Shown here piece by piece: positions 30,081 to 40,726 of a stretch of DNA of 51,662 bases. The notes below the pieces were generated by a model, which was not told where the DNA came from, searched no databases, and saw only the letters and a program-made list of their open reading frames with translations. The position numbers and the translations under genes are program-made. Location of the stretch: IMG/VR virus record IMGVR_UViG_2526164599_000006; one strand, written 5' to 3'. Each line of letters starts with the position of its first letter. Positions within the stretch are counted from its first letter, which is position 1. The stretch comes from a virus. Its lineage: Duplodnaviria > Heunggongvirae > Uroviricota > Caudoviricetes.

Positions 30081-31575
30081 TCTTTCACACATTATTGCAG
30101 CAGCATTCAATGAACCGCTGCTTCTGGAGCCCGCCTATGCGCGGGTTTTCTTTTGCGCGCTGGGGCGCGAGATGGGGGCAGCAAGTCTTTCGGTACCGCA
30201 ACAGCAGGTACAGCTTGATGCGCCCGGGATGCTGGCTGAAACGGACGAGTACATGGCCGGAGGTAAACGACCGGCCCGTGTTTACCGGGTGGTGAACGGT
30301 ATTGCGGTACTGCCGGTGACCGGCACGCTGGTGCACCGGCTGGGGGGGATGCGGCCATTTTCCGGAATGACTGGCTATGACGGCATTGTCGCCTGTCTTC
30401 AGCAGGCAATGGCAGATAGCCAGGTGCGGGGCATACTGCTGGACATTGACAGTCCGGGCGGGCAGGCCGCCGGCGCGTTTGACTGCGCTGACATGATTTA
30501 CCGCCTCCGGCAGCAGAAGCCGGTCTGGGCACTGTGTAATGACACGGCCTGTTCTGCGGCCATGCTGCTGGCGTCGGCCTGCTCCCGACGGCTGGTTACC
30601 CAGACATCCCGTATCGGTTCCATTGGCGTGATGATGAGCCATGTCAGCTATGCCGGTCATCTGGCGCAGGCCGGTGTGGATATCACGCTGATTTACTCAG
30701 GGGCGCACAAGGTGGATGGCAATCAGTTTGAAGCGTTGCCGGCAGAGGTTCGCCAGGACATGCAGCAGCGGATTGATGCGGCGCGCCGGATGTTTGCCGA
30801 AAAAGTGGCGATGTTTACCGGTCTGTCTGTTGATGCAGTCACGGGAACAGAGGCCGCTGTTTTTGAAGGTCAGTCCGGCATTGAGGCCGGGCTGGCGGAT
30901 GAATTAATCAATGCGTCGGATGCCATCAGTGTGATGGCCACGGCGCTGAACAGTAATGTCAGAGGAGGCACTATGCCGCAATTAACTGCAACGGAAGCCG
31001 CCGTGCAGGAGAACCAGCGAGTGATGGGGATCCTGACATGCCAGGAAGCGAAAGGACGTGAACAGCTTGCCACGATGCTGGCAGGGCAACAGGGCATGAG
31101 CGTTGAACAGGCCCGGGCGATTCTGACCGCGGCGGCACCGCAGCAGCCGGTGGCATCCGCGCAGAGTGAAGCCGATCGCATTATGGCGTGTGAAGAAGCG
31201 AACGGTCGTGAACAACTGGCGGCAACGCTGGCGGCGATGCCGGAGATGACGGTGGAAAAAGCCCGCCCGATCCTGGCGGCTGCACCACTGGCGGATGCCG
31301 GGCCCTCGCTTCGTGATCAGATCATGGCCCTGGATGAGGCAAAAGGGGCAGAAGCGCAGGCTGAAAAACTGGCGGCCTGCCCGGGAATGACCGTGGAGAA
31401 CGCCCGGGCTGTGCTGGCTGCGGGATCAGGTAAGGCCGAACCGGTCTCTGCATCCACAACCGCCCTGTTTGAACATTTCATGGCGAATCATTCACCGGCA
31501 GCGGTGCGGGGTGGCGTGTCACAGACGTCAGCAGACGGTGATGCGGACGTGAAAATGCTCATGGCCATGCCATGA
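30070..31575 (+). CDS. C: head maturation protease / capsid assembly protein C
   Basis: 501-aa ORF; ClpP/S49-like protease region in N-terminal half, repeat-containing scaffold-like C-terminal half. Confidence 0.8.
   Translation: MRRNLSHIIAAAFNEPLLLEPAYARVFFCALGREMGAASLSVPQQQVQLDAPGMLAETDEYMAGGKRPARVYRVVNGIAVLPVTGTLVHRLGGMRPFSGMTGYDGIVACLQQAMADSQVRGILLDIDSPGGQAAGAFDCADMIYRLRQQKPVWALCNDTACSAAMLLASACSRRLVTQTSRIGSIGVMMSHVSYAGHLAQAGVDITLIYSGAHKVDGNQFEALPAEVRQDMQQRIDAARRMFAEKVAMFTGLSVDAVTGTEAAVFEGQSGIEAGLADELINASDAISVMATALNSNVRGGTMPQLTATEAAVQENQRVMGILTCQEAKGREQLATMLAGQQGMSVEQARAILTAAAPQQPVASAQSEADRIMACEEANGREQLAATLAAMPEMTVEKARPILAAAPLADAGPSLRDQIMALDEAKGAEAQAEKLAACPGMTVENARAVLAAGSGKAEPVSASTTALFEHFMANHSPAAVRGGVSQTSADGDADVKMLMAMP
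30973..31575 (+). CDS. nu3: candidate Nu3-like scaffolding protein from in-frame internal start within C
   Basis: Internal in-frame ATG at 30973 preceded by AGGAGG at 30963..30968; analogous to nested C/Nu3 in lambda. Confidence 0.45.
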   Translation: MPQLTATEAAVQENQRVMGILTCQEAKGREQLATMLAGQQGMSVEQARAILTAAAPQQPVASAQSEADRIMACEEANGREQLAATLAAMPEMTVEKARPILAAAPLADAGPSLRDQIMALDEAKGAEAQAEKLAACPGMTVENARAVLAAGSGKAEPVSASTTALFEHFMANHSPAAVRGGVSQTSADGDADVKMLMAMP

Positions 31576-31611
31576 AGTCAGTGCTGACCATCAATATGAG
31601 GTTTTAACAAA

Positions 31612-31959
31612 ATGGTGACGAAAACCATCACTGAACAGCGTGCGGAAGTACGTATTTTTGCCGGTAATGATCCGGCTCATACCGCCACAGGCAGCAGCGG
31701 GATTTCTTCTGCAACACCGGCTCTGACGCCCCTGATGCTGGATGAAGCCACCGGGAAACTGGTGGTCTGGGATGGACAGAAAGCCGGTAGTGCGGTTGGC
31801 ATACTGGTACTGCCGCTTGAAGGCACAGAGACGGTGCTGACCTATTACAAGTCGGGGACCTTTGCGACGGAGGCAATCCGCTGGCCTGACAGTGTGGATG
31901 AACACAAAAAGGCAAATGCCTTTGCCGGCACAGCCCTGAGTCACGCGGCTCTGCCGTAA
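31612..31959 (+). CDS. D: head decoration protein D
   Basis: 115-aa ORF similar to lambda gpD (DPAHTAT...YKSGTF). Confidence 0.85.
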   Translation: MVTKTITEQRAEVRIFAGNDPAHTATGSSGISSATPALTPLMLDEATGKLVVWDGQKAGSAVGILVLPLEGTETVLTYYKSGTFATEAIRWPDSVDEHKKANAFAGTALSHAALP

Positions 31960-32016
31960 CACGTTATCAGGCCACCATGGTGACCTGACTGATTTCTGAA
32001 TGAAAGGAACTGATTT

Positions 32017-33045
32017 ATGGGATTGTTTACGACCCGCCAGTTACTCGGTTATACCGAACAAAAAGTGAAATTCCGTGCGCTGTTTCTGGAGCTGTTTTTC
32101 CGCCGTACGGTGAATTTCCACACCGAAGAGGTGATGCTGGACAAAATTACCGGAAAAACGCCGGTGGCGGCCTATGTCTCCCCGATCGTTGAAGGAAAAG
32201 TGCTTCGCCATCGCGGTGGTGAAACCCGCGTGTTACGTCCGGGCTACGTCAAGCCGAAACACGAATTTAATTACCAGCAGGCGGTTGAGCGCCTTCCTGG
32301 TGAAGATCCGGCTCAGCTGAACGACCCGGCCTACCGTCGTCTGCGTATCATTACCGATAACCTCAAACAGGAAGAGCACGCCATTGTCCAGGTGGAAGAA
32401 ATGCAGGCGGTGAATGCCGTGCTGTATGGCAAATACACCATGGAAGGGGATCAGTTTGATACTGTCGAGGTGGATTTCGGGCGCTCTGAAGGAAATAACA
32501 TTGAGCAGGCTGACGGTAAAAAATGGTCTGAGCAGGACCGTGATACGTTTGATCCGACGCATGATATTGACCTCTACTGCGATCAGGCCAGCGGCCTTGT
32601 GAATATCGCCATTATGGACGGTACGGTCTGGCGTCTGCTGAATGGCTTTAAGCTGTTCCGCGAAAAACTGGATACCCGTCGCGGCTCAAATTCACAACTC
32701 GAAACGGCAGTGAAAGATCTGGGCGCAGTGGTGTCCTTCAAGGGGTATTACGGCGATCTGGCCATTGTGGTGGCGAAAACGTCTTATGTGGCAGAGGACG
32801 GTACCGAAAAACGTTATCTGCCGGAGGGCATGCTGGTCCTGGGGAATACGGCGGCAGAGGGGATTCGTTGCTATGGTGCCATTAAGGATGCACAGGCGTT
32901 GTCTGAAGGAGTGGTGGCTTCTTCCCGTTACCCGAAACACTGGCTGACCGTGGGCGATCCGTCCTGTGAATTCACCATGACGCAGTCCGCTCCGCTGATG
33001 GTGCTGCCGGATCCGGATGAGTTTGTGGTGGTACAGGTGAAATAA
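32017..33045 (+). CDS. E: major capsid protein E
   Basis: 342-aa ORF similar to lambda gpE throughout. Confidence 0.9.
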   Translation: MGLFTTRQLLGYTEQKVKFRALFLELFFRRTVNFHTEEVMLDKITGKTPVAAYVSPIVEGKVLRHRGGETRVLRPGYVKPKHEFNYQQAVERLPGEDPAQLNDPAYRRLRIITDNLKQEEHAIVQVEEMQAVNAVLYGKYTMEGDQFDTVEVDFGRSEGNNIEQADGKKWSEQDRDTFDPTHDIDLYCDQASGLVNIAIMDGTVWRLLNGFKLFREKLDTRRGSNSQLETAVKDLGAVVSFKGYYGDLAIVVAKTSYVAEDGTEKRYLPEGMLVLGNTAAEGIRCYGAIKDAQALSEGVVASSRYPKHWLTVGDPSCEFTMTQSAPLMVLPDPDEFVVVQVK

Positions 33046-33096
33046 TCCGTGAGCGGGGGCGAAATGCCCCCGTGTCTTTTTTCACAGGAGGCTGAG

Positions 33097-33480
33097 ATGG
33101 CAACAAAAGAAGAAAATCTGAATCGTCTTCGTCAACTGGCTGACCTGCTGGGGCGCGAGGCGGATATGTCGGGGAGTGCTGCGGATATTGCTCAACGTGT
33201 GTCTGAGTGGGAAGAGGAGCTTGCTGTTTCCCCGGAGGGCATTATGCACTCTGATGAGAGCGGGGCTGATCAAAATCACACAGACGATGGTGAGCAGTTG
33301 AACAACACGGATGCTCCGGATGATGTTAAAGCCGTCCGGGTACGGAAGTGCCTGCAAGTAATGGGGTATTGCCCGGAGACAGGTCGTCCCGTTGAGCTGG
33401 CGTTACGGGGTATGCGTGTTCTGGTGCCATCATCACTGGCAACGGCCATGATACAGCACGGAACGGCTGAATATGCGTGA
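33097..33480 (+). CDS. FI: DNA packaging protein FI
   Basis: Product from ATG 33097 with RBS AGGAGG; position and acidic composition as lambda FI. Confidence 0.6.
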   Translation: MATKEENLNRLRQLADLLGREADMSGSAADIAQRVSEWEEELAVSPEGIMHSDESGADQNHTDDGEQLNNTDAPDDVKAVRVRKCLQVMGYCPETGRPVELALRGMRVLVPSSLATAMIQHGTAEYA

Positions 33481-33826
33481 TTTTCAGAATGCCTTTGATG
33501 CTGCCCTCGCCGGGGTAGACAGTACGATCGTTGAAGTGATGGGGCTCTGTGCGCAGTTCACCTCGGGGGCACAGTGTGGCAGCGAAGTTCAGGGGGTTTT
33601 TGATGATCCGGAGTCGCTGGGGTTTGCCGGTGGCGGGGTCCGTATTGAAGGAAGCAGCCCGTCATTATTTGTGCGGACGGATACGGTTCGTGCCGTGCGG
33701 CGTGGTGACACGCTGACCATTAATGGTGAGATATTCTGGGTGGATCGTGTTTCTCCGGATGACGGGGGCAGCTGTTATCTCTGGCTCAACCGTGGTCAAC
33801 CACCCGCAGTTAACCGGCGACGATAA
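33473..33826 (+). CDS. FII: head completion protein FII
   Basis: 117-aa ORF similar to lambda FII (…FWVDRVSPDDGGSC…PPAVNRRR). Confidence 0.8.
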   Translation: MRDFQNAFDAALAGVDSTIVEVMGLCAQFTSGAQCGSEVQGVFDDPESLGFAGGGVRIEGSSPSLFVRTDTVRAVRRGDTLTINGEIFWVDRVSPDDGGSCYLWLNRGQPPAVNRRR

Positions 33827-33841
33827 ACGCAGGGTGAAATT

Positions 33842-34375
33842 ATGGCGATAAAAGGGCTTGATCAGGCGATTGACAATCTGAGCCGGGTTCGTAAAAACGC
33901 CATTCCGGCGGCTTCAGCAATGGCCATTAACCGCGTGGCCACAACGGCGATTAATCAGTCTTCATCACAGGTTGCCCGGGAGACAAAGGTTCGCCGGAAA
34001 CTGGTTAAGGAACGGTCCAGACTGAAACGGGCGACGGTCAGAAATCCGAATGCCAGAATTATCGTTAACCGCGGTGATCTCCCTGTGATTAAGCTGGGGA
34101 TCAGGATGCTGGGGCGTCGCCCGAACAGCATACTTAAAGCCGGTCAGCATCGGTATCAGCGGGCATTTATTCAGCGATTAAAAAATGGTCGCTGGCATGT
34201 CATGCAGCGTGTGGCCGGGAAAAACCGTTACCCCATTGATGTGGTGAAAATCCCGATGGCGGCCCCACTGAAACAGGCATTTGATGAGAATGTTGACCGT
34301 ATCCGGCGTGAACGCCTGCCTAAAGAACTGGCATACGCGCTGAAACAACAACTGAGGATTGCAATAAAACGATGA
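33842..34375 (+). CDS. Z: minor tail protein Z
   Basis: 177-aa ORF in lambda Z position. Confidence 0.8.
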   Translation: MAIKGLDQAIDNLSRVRKNAIPAASAMAINRVATTAINQSSSQVARETKVRRKLVKERSRLKRATVRNPNARIIVNRGDLPVIKLGIRMLGRRPNSILKAGQHRYQRAFIQRLKNGRWHVMQRVAGKNRYPIDVVKIPMAAPLKQAFDENVDRIRRERLPKELAYALKQQLRIAIKR

Positions 34376-34767
34376 AACACACTGACATTCGTGCCGCAGT
34401 GCTGGATGCACTCGAGCAGCATGAACACGGGGCGACGCTGTTTGATGGTCGCCCCGTTGTTTTTGACGAAGAGGATTTTCCTGCGATCGCGGTTTATCTG
34501 ACGGATGCAGAGTATACCGGTGAAGAGCTGGATGCAGATACCTGGCGGGCCACGCTGCATATTGAGGTGTTTTTACCGGCACAGGTACCGGATTCAGAGC
34601 TTGATCAGTGGATGGAAAGCCGGATTTACCCGGCGATGACCGCGATCCCGGCACTGGCAGGACTGATTACCACGATGGTTACGCAGGGCTATGAGTATCG
34701 TCGTGATGACGATATGGCGTTATGGAGTTCTGCAGATCTGACTTATTCCATTACATACGAGATGTGA
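34372..34767 (+). CDS. U: tail terminator protein U
   Basis: 131-aa ORF highly similar to lambda gpU. Confidence 0.85.
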   Translation: MKHTDIRAAVLDALEQHEHGATLFDGRPVVFDEEDFPAIAVYLTDAEYTGEELDADTWRATLHIEVFLPAQVPDSELDQWMESRIYPAMTAIPALAGLITTMVTQGYEYRRDDDMALWSSADLTYSITYEM

Positions 34768-34774
34768 GGACGAT

Positions 34775-35527
34775 ATGGCAACACCAAATCCCCTTGAGCC
34801 GGTAAAAGGTGCCGGTACCACTCTGTGGGTTTACAACGGCAAGGGTGATGCTTATGCAAACCCGTTGTCAGACGATGACTGGCAGCGACTGGCTAAGGTG
34901 AAGGATCTGACGCCGGGCGAGATGACGGCAGAATCCTACGATGATAACTACCTGGATGATGAAGACGCGGACTGGACCGCGACCGGGCAGGGGCAGAAAT
35001 CTGCAGGTGATACCAGTTTTACGCTGGCCTGGAAACCGGGAGAGGAAGGCCAGAAAGGGCTTATAGGCTGGTTTGAAAGCGGCGATGTCCGGGCCTATAA
35101 AATCCGTTTTCCGAATGGCACGGTGGATGTGTTTCGTGGCTGGGTCAGCAGTATCGGTAAGGCCGTGACGGCGAAAGAAGTGATCACCCGCACGGTGAAA
35201 GTCACTAACGTGGGTAAACCTTCTGTAGCGGAAGAACGCAGCAAAATTACGCCGGTCAGTGCGATTAAGGTGACGCCGACATCCGGTACGGTGGCAAAAG
35301 GGAAAACAACCACCCTGACGGTTTCTTTTGAGCCGGAAAGTGCAACCGACAAGACGTTCAGAGCGGTTTCCGCCGATCCGTCGAAAGCCACCATTAGTGT
35401 GAAAGATATGACAATTACGGTAAACGGCGTGGCGACAGGTAAGGTGCAGATCCCTGTGGTGAGCGGAAATGGTCAGTTCGCCGCAGTGGCTGAAGTCACC
35501 GTTACTGAAGCGGGCGCTGCAGGGTAA
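34775..35527 (+). CDS. V: major tail protein V
   Basis: 250-aa ORF similar to lambda gpV, with C-terminal Ig-like extension. Confidence 0.85.
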   Translation: MATPNPLEPVKGAGTTLWVYNGKGDAYANPLSDDDWQRLAKVKDLTPGEMTAESYDDNYLDDEDADWTATGQGQKSAGDTSFTLAWKPGEEGQKGLIGWFESGDVRAYKIRFPNGTVDVFRGWVSSIGKAVTAKEVITRTVKVTNVGKPSVAEERSKITPVSAIKVTPTSGTVAKGKTTTLTVSFEPESATDKTFRAVSADPSKATISVKDMTITVNGVATGKVQIPVVSGNGQFAAVAEVTVTEAGAAG

Positions 35528-35540
35528 ACGGAGGTAATAC

Positions 35541-35969
35541 ATGTTTCTGAAAACAGAACAATTTGAATATAACGGTGTGTCTGTCACGCTTTCCGAATTG
35601 TCTGCGCTGCAGCGTATCGAGCATCTTGCCCTCCTGAAACGGCGTGCAGAACAGGCAGAATCCTGCGGCAACCTGCAGGTAAGCGTGGAAGATCTCGTCA
35701 GAACCGGCGCGTTTCTGGTGGCGATGTCCCTGTGGCATAACCATCCACAGAAAACGCAGTCACCGTCAATGAATGAGGCCGTGATGAAGATAGAGCAGGA
35801 AGTGCTCACCACCTGGCCTGCCGATGCCATTGCCCGGGCGGAAGACGTGGTGTTGTGCCTGTCCGGGATGATCGAAGCTGTTCGTCCGGATACTGATATT
35901 ACTGAAGTGGCGAAAAATAACACGCTGACTGATGATTTTTCTGCGGGAAAGTCTTCGACGGCGAGCTGA
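35541..35969 (+). CDS. G: tail assembly chaperone G
   Basis: 142-aa ORF similar to lambda gpG. Confidence 0.85.
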   Translation: MFLKTEQFEYNGVSVTLSELSALQRIEHLALLKRRAEQAESCGNLQVSVEDLVRTGAFLVAMSLWHNHPQKTQSPSMNEAVMKIEQEVLTTWPADAIARAEDVVLCLSGMIEAVRPDTDITEVAKNNTLTDDFSAGKSSTAS

Positions 35970-36400
35970 ACTTTGCCCTCAGACTGGCGCGTGAGATGGG
36001 GAGACCCGACTGGCGCGCCATGCTTGCCGGGATGACATCCACCGAATATGCCGACTGGCACCGTTTTTACCGCACGCATTATTTTCAGGATACCCAGCTG
36101 GATATGCATTTTTCCGGGCTGACGTACGCTGTACTCAGCCTGTTTTTTTGCGATCCGGATATGCATCCCTCTGATTTCAGTCTGCTTGTCCCCCGGCATG
36201 AGGAAGAGCAGGTGGAGAGGCCGGATGAGGACAAAATGCTGATGCAGAAAGCGGCAGGACTTGCCGGAGGCGTCCGGTTCGGTGGGGACGGAGGGCGCGA
36301 TATTTTATCGTCTGCGGATGTCATGGTGGATGATGCCGCATTAATGATGGCTTCAGCGGGGATTCCGGGAGGTGTGAGATATGTCCCAGCCGGTTGGTGA
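35541..36400 (+). CDS. GT: tail assembly protein G-T fusion via programmed -1 ribosomal frameshift
   Basis: Slippery heptamer G GGA AAG at 35945..35951 near the 3' end of G; -1 frame is open through 36400 (T segment). Confidence 0.75.
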
Positions 36401-38954
36401 TCTTGTTATTGACCTGAGTCTGGATGCTGTCCGTTTCGATGAGCAGATGAGCCGGGTAAGGCGTCATTTTTCAGGTCTGGATACCGACGCCAGAAAAACC
36501 GCCAGTGCTGTTGAACAGGGCCTGAGCCGCCAGGCGCTGGCTGCACAAAAAGCCGGGATTTCCGTCGGGCAGTATAAAGCGGCCATGCGAACCCTGCCCG
36601 CACAGTTTACGGATATCGCCACGCAGCTTGCAGGTGGTCAGAATCCCTGGCTGATCCTGCTGCAACAGGGCGGTCAGGTGAAGGACTCCTTCGGCGGGAT
36701 GATCCCCATGTTCAGGGGGCTTGCCGGTGCGATCACCCTGCCGATGGTCGGGGTCACCTCGCTGGCGGTGGCGACAGGTGCGCTGGTGTACGCCTGGTAC
36801 CAGGGAGATTCCACGCTTTCAGCGTTTAATAAAACCCTGGTTCTTTCCGGTAATCAGTCCGGACTGACTGCCGATCGTATGCTGACTCTCTCAAGAGCCG
36901 GGCAGGCAGCAGGGCTGACGTTTAACCAGGCGAGAGAGTCACTGGCAGCCCTGGTGAATGCCGGTGTGCGTGGTGGTGAACAGTTTGATGCCATCAACCA
37001 GAGTGTCGCGCGTTTTGCGTCTGCATCCGGTGTGGAGGTGGATAAAGTCGCTGAAGCCTTCGGGAAGCTGACCACTGACCCGACGTCGGGACTGATGGCG
37101 ATGGCGCGCCAGTTCCGTAACGTGACGGCAGAGCAGATTGCGTATGTTGCACAGCTGCAGCGTTCCGGAGACGAGGCCGGGGCATTGCAGGCGGCGAACG
37201 ATATCGCCACGAAAGGCTTTGATGAGCAGACCCGTCGCCTGAAAGAAAACATGGGAACACTGGAGACCTGGGCGGATAAAACAGGGAAGGCATTCAAATC
37301 GATGTGGGATGCCATTCTGGATATCGGTCGTCCTGAATCCTCAGCGGATATGCTCGCCAGTGCGCAGAAGGCATTTGATGAGGCGGATAAAAAATGGCAG
37401 TGGTACCAGAGTCGGAGCCAGCGCCGGGGAAAGACCTCCTCTTTTCGTGCGAACCTTCAGGGGGCATGGGATGACCGGGAAAATGCCCGTCTGGGTCTGG
37501 CAGCGGCCACGCTGCAGTCGGATATGGAAAAAGCCGGTGAACTGGCGGCAAGGGACCGGGCTGAGCGTGAGGCGTCACAGCTGAAGTATACCGGAGAGGC
37601 GCAGAAGGCGTATGAGCGCCTGCAGACGCCGCTGGATAAATATACCGCCCGTCAGAAAGAGCTGAATAAGGCCCTGAAAGACGGAAAAATCCTGCAGGCG
37701 GATTACAACACGCTGATGGCGTCGGCAAAAAAGGATTATGAATCGACGCTGAAAAAGCCGTCAGGTGTGAAGGTGTCTGCCGGTGAGCGCCAGGAAGACC
37801 GGGCGCATGCAGCCATGCTGGCGCTTGAAACCGAGCTCAGGACGCTGGAAAAACACAGCGGTGTGAATGAGAAAATCAGCCAGCAGCGCCGGGATTTATG
37901 GGAAGCGGAAAATCAGTATGTGGTCCTGAAAGAGGCCGCCACGAAACGGCAGTTATCTGAGCAGGAAAAATCCCTGCTGGCTCATGAGAAAGAGACGCTG
38001 GAGTACAAACGCCAGCTGGCTGAGCTGGGAGACAAGATTGAACACCAGAAGCGGCTGAATGAGCTGGCACAGCAGGCGGCGCGGTTTGAACAGCAGCAGA
38101 GCGCGAAGCAGGCGGCAATCAGCGCAAAAGCCCGCGGCCTCACTGACCGTCAGGCGCAGCGGGAGTCGGAAGAGCAGCGCCTTCGTGAGGTGTACGGTGA
38201 TAATCCGGCTGCGCTGGCGAAGGCCACATCTGCACTGAAGAACACCTGGTCTGCGGAGGAGCAGCTTCGTGGAAGCTGGATGGCCGGGATGAAGTCCGGC
38301 TGGGGCGAGTGGGCGGAAAGTGCGACGGACAGTTTTTCGCAGGTTAAAAACGCGGCCACGCAGACCTTTGACGGTATTGCACAGAATATGGCGGCGATGC
38401 TGACCGGCAGCGAACAGAACTGGCGTGGTTTCACCCGTTCTGTGCTGTCCATGCTGACAGAGATTTTTCTGAAGCAGGCGATGGTGGGGATAGTCGGGAG
38501 TATCGGCAGCGCCATTGGCGGTGCTTTCGGTGGTGGTGCGTCTGCCTCCACGGGGACGGCCATTCAGGCTGCGGCGGCGAACTTCCATTTCGCGACCGGG
38601 GGATTTACGGGGACGGGGGGGAAATATGAACCTGCGGGGATTGTTCATCGCGGGGAGTTTGTCTTCACGAAGGAGGCGACCAGCCGGATTGGCGTGGGAA
38701 ATCTTTACCGGCTGATGCGCGGCTATGCCACCGGCGGTTATGTCGGTGGCACCGGAAGTCCGGCGCAAATGCGGCGTTCAGAGGGTATCAGATTTGAGCA
38801 GAACAACAACGTGGTGATTCAGAACGACGGTACGAATGGTCTGCCAGGTCCACAGATGCTGAAGGCAGTGTATGACATGGCCCGCAAGGGTGCCCGTGAT
38901 GAAATTCAGGCACAGATGCGCGATGGTGGTCTGTTCTCCGGAGGTGGACGATGA
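36381..38954 (+). CDS. H: tail tape measure protein H
   Basis: 857-aa ORF in lambda gpH position and size. Confidence 0.9.
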   Translation: MSQPVGDLVIDLSLDAVRFDEQMSRVRRHFSGLDTDARKTASAVEQGLSRQALAAQKAGISVGQYKAAMRTLPAQFTDIATQLAGGQNPWLILLQQGGQVKDSFGGMIPMFRGLAGAITLPMVGVTSLAVATGALVYAWYQGDSTLSAFNKTLVLSGNQSGLTADRMLTLSRAGQAAGLTFNQARESLAALVNAGVRGGEQFDAINQSVARFASASGVEVDKVAEAFGKLTTDPTSGLMAMARQFRNVTAEQIAYVAQLQRSGDEAGALQAANDIATKGFDEQTRRLKENMGTLETWADKTGKAFKSMWDAILDIGRPESSADMLASAQKAFDEADKKWQWYQSRSQRRGKTSSFRANLQGAWDDRENARLGLAAATLQSDMEKAGELAARDRAEREASQLKYTGEAQKAYERLQTPLDKYTARQKELNKALKDGKILQADYNTLMASAKKDYESTLKKPSGVKVSAGERQEDRAHAAMLALETELRTLEKHSGVNEKISQQRRDLWEAENQYVVLKEAATKRQLSEQEKSLLAHEKETLEYKRQLAELGDKIEHQKRLNELAQQAARFEQQQSAKQAAISAKARGLTDRQAQRESEEQRLREVYGDNPAALAKATSALKNTWSAEEQLRGSWMAGMKSGWGEWAESATDSFSQVKNAATQTFDGIAQNMAAMLTGSEQNWRGFTRSVLSMLTEIFLKQAMVGIVGSIGSAIGGAFGGGASASTGTAIQAAAANFHFATGGFTGTGGKYEPAGIVHRGEFVFTKEATSRIGVGNLYRLMRGYATGGYVGGTGSPAQMRRSEGIRFEQNNNVVIQNDGTNGLPGPQMLKAVYDMARKGARDEIQAQMRDGGLFSGGGR

Positions 38955-39280
38955 AGACCTTCCACTGGAAAGTGAAACCCGGTATGGATGTGGCTTCAGC
39001 CCCTTCCGTCAGGAAAGTGCGCTTTGGTGATGGCTATTCCCAGCGAGCGCCTGCCGGGCTGAATGCCGACCTGAAAACGTACAGCGTGACGCTTTCTGTT
39101 CCCCGTTGGGAGGCCACGGCGCTTGAGTCGTTTCTGGCTGAGCACGGGGGCTGGAAATCCTTTCTGTGGACGCCGCCTTATGAGTGGCGGCAGATAAAGG
39201 TGACCTGCGCAAAATGGTCGTCGCGGGTCAGTATGCTGCGTGTTGAGTTCAGCGCAGAGTTTGAACAGGTGGTGAACTGA
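38951..39280 (+). CDS. M: minor tail protein M
   Basis: 109-aa ORF similar to lambda gpM. Confidence 0.85.
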   Translation: MKTFHWKVKPGMDVASAPSVRKVRFGDGYSQRAPAGLNADLKTYSVTLSVPRWEATALESFLAEHGGWKSFLWTPPYEWRQIKVTCAKWSSRVSMLRVEFSAEFEQVVN

Positions 39281-39978
39281 TGCAGGATATCCGGCAGGAA
39301 ACACTGAATGAATGCACCCGTGCGGAGCAGTCGGCCAGCGTGGTGCTCTGGGAAATCGATCTGACAGAGGTCGGTGGAGAACGTTATTTTTTCTGTAATG
39401 AGCAGAACGAAAAAGGTGAGCCGGTCACCTGGCAGGGGCGACAGTATCAGCCGTATCCCATTCAGGGGAGTGGTTTTGAACTGAATGGCAAAGGCACCAG
39501 TACGCGCCCCACGCTGACGGTTTCTAACCTGTACGGTATGGTCACCGGTATGGTGGAAGATATGCAGAGTCTGGTCGGCGGAACGGTGGTCCGGCGTAAG
39601 GTTTACGCCCGTTTTCTGGATGCGGTGAACTTCGTCAACGGAAACAGTGACGCCGATCCGGAGCAGGAGGTGATCAGCCGCTGGCGCATCGAGCAGTGCA
39701 GCGAACTGAGCGCGGTGAGTGCCTCCTTTGTACTGTCCACGCCGACGGAAACGGATGGCGCTGTTTTTCCGGGACGTATCATGCTGGCCAACACCTGCAC
39801 CTGGACCTATCGCGGTGATGAGTGCGGTTATCACGGTCCGGCAGTCGCGGATGAATATGACCAGCCGACGTCCGATATCACGAAGGATAAATGCAGCAAA
39901 TGCCTGAGCGGCTGTAAGTTTCGCAATAACGTCGGCAACTTTGGCGGCTTCCTTTCCATTAACAAACTTTCGCAGTAA
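39280..39978 (+). CDS. L: minor tail protein L
   Basis: 232-aa ORF similar to lambda gpL. Confidence 0.85.
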   Translation: MQDIRQETLNECTRAEQSASVVLWEIDLTEVGGERYFFCNEQNEKGEPVTWQGRQYQPYPIQGSGFELNGKGTSTRPTLTVSNLYGMVTGMVEDMQSLVGGTVVRRKVYARFLDAVNFVNGNSDADPEQEVISRWRIEQCSELSAVSASFVLSTPTETDGAVFPGRIMLANTCTWTYRGDECGYHGPAVADEYDQPTSDITKDKCSKCLSGCKFRNNVGNFGGFLSINKLSQ

Positions 39979-39982
39979 TCCC

Positions 39983-40726
39983 ATGACAGAGACAGAATCA
40001 GCGATTCTGGCGCACGCCCGGCGATGTGCGCCAGCGGAGTCGTGCGGCTTCGTGGTGAGAGCGCCGGAGGGGGAAAGATATTTTCCCTGCGTGAATATTT
40101 CCGGTGAGCCGGAGGATTATTTCCGGATGGCTCCGGAGGACTGGCTGCAGGCAGAGATGCAGGGTGAGATTGTGGCACTGGTCCACAGTCATCCCGGTGG
40201 TCTGCCCTGGCTGAGTGAGGCTGACCGGCGGCTGCAGGTGCAGAGTGATTTGCCGTGGTGGCTGGTCTGCCGGGGTGAGATTCATAAATTCCGCTGTGTG
40301 CCGCATCTCACCGGGCGGCGCTTTGAGCACGGGGTGACGGACTGTTACACGCTGTTCCGGGATGCTTATCATCTGGCGGGGATTGAGATGCCGGATTTTC
40401 ATCGCGGGGATGACTGGTGGCGTCACGGTCAGAATCTCTATCTGGATAATCTGGAGGCCACAGGGCTGTATCAGGTGCCGTTGTCAGCGGCGCAGCCGGG
40501 CGATGTGCTGCTGTGCTGTTTTGGTTCATCGGTGCCGAATCATGCCGCCATTTACTGTGGTGACGGCGAGCTGCTGCACCATATTCCTGAACAACTGAGC
40601 AAACGAGAGAGGTACACCGACAAATGGCAGCGACGCACACACTCCCTCTGGCGTCACCAGGCATGGCACGCATCTGCCTTTACGGGGATTTGCAACGATT
40701 TGGCCGCCGCATCGACCTTCGTGTGA
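39983..40726 (+). CDS. K: tail assembly protein K (NlpC/P60 and JAB-like)
   Basis: Product MTETESAILAHARRCAPAESCGFVV... as lambda gpK. Confidence 0.85.
   Translation: MTETESAILAHARRCAPAESCGFVVRAPEGERYFPCVNISGEPEDYFRMAPEDWLQAEMQGEIVALVHSHPGGLPWLSEADRRLQVQSDLPWWLVCRGEIHKFRCVPHLTGRRFEHGVTDCYTLFRDAYHLAGIEMPDFHRGDDWWRHGQNLYLDNLEATGLYQVPLSAAQPGDVLLCCFGSSVPNHAAIYCGDGELLHHIPEQLSKRERYTDKWQRRTHSLWRHQAWHASAFTGICNDLAAASTFV

Noticed and set aside
30085-30660. 191-aa and 141-aa minus-strand ORFs
   Set aside because: Antisense to gene C.
34868-36199. 443-aa ORF on the minus strand
   Set aside because: Lies entirely antisense to well-supported tail genes V, G and T; arginine/cysteine-rich translation typical of antisense GC-rich coding DNA.
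37953-38768. 271-aa minus-strand ORF
   Set aside because: Antisense to the tape measure gene H.
39178-39984. 268-aa minus-strand ORF
   Set aside because: Antisense to tail genes M and L.
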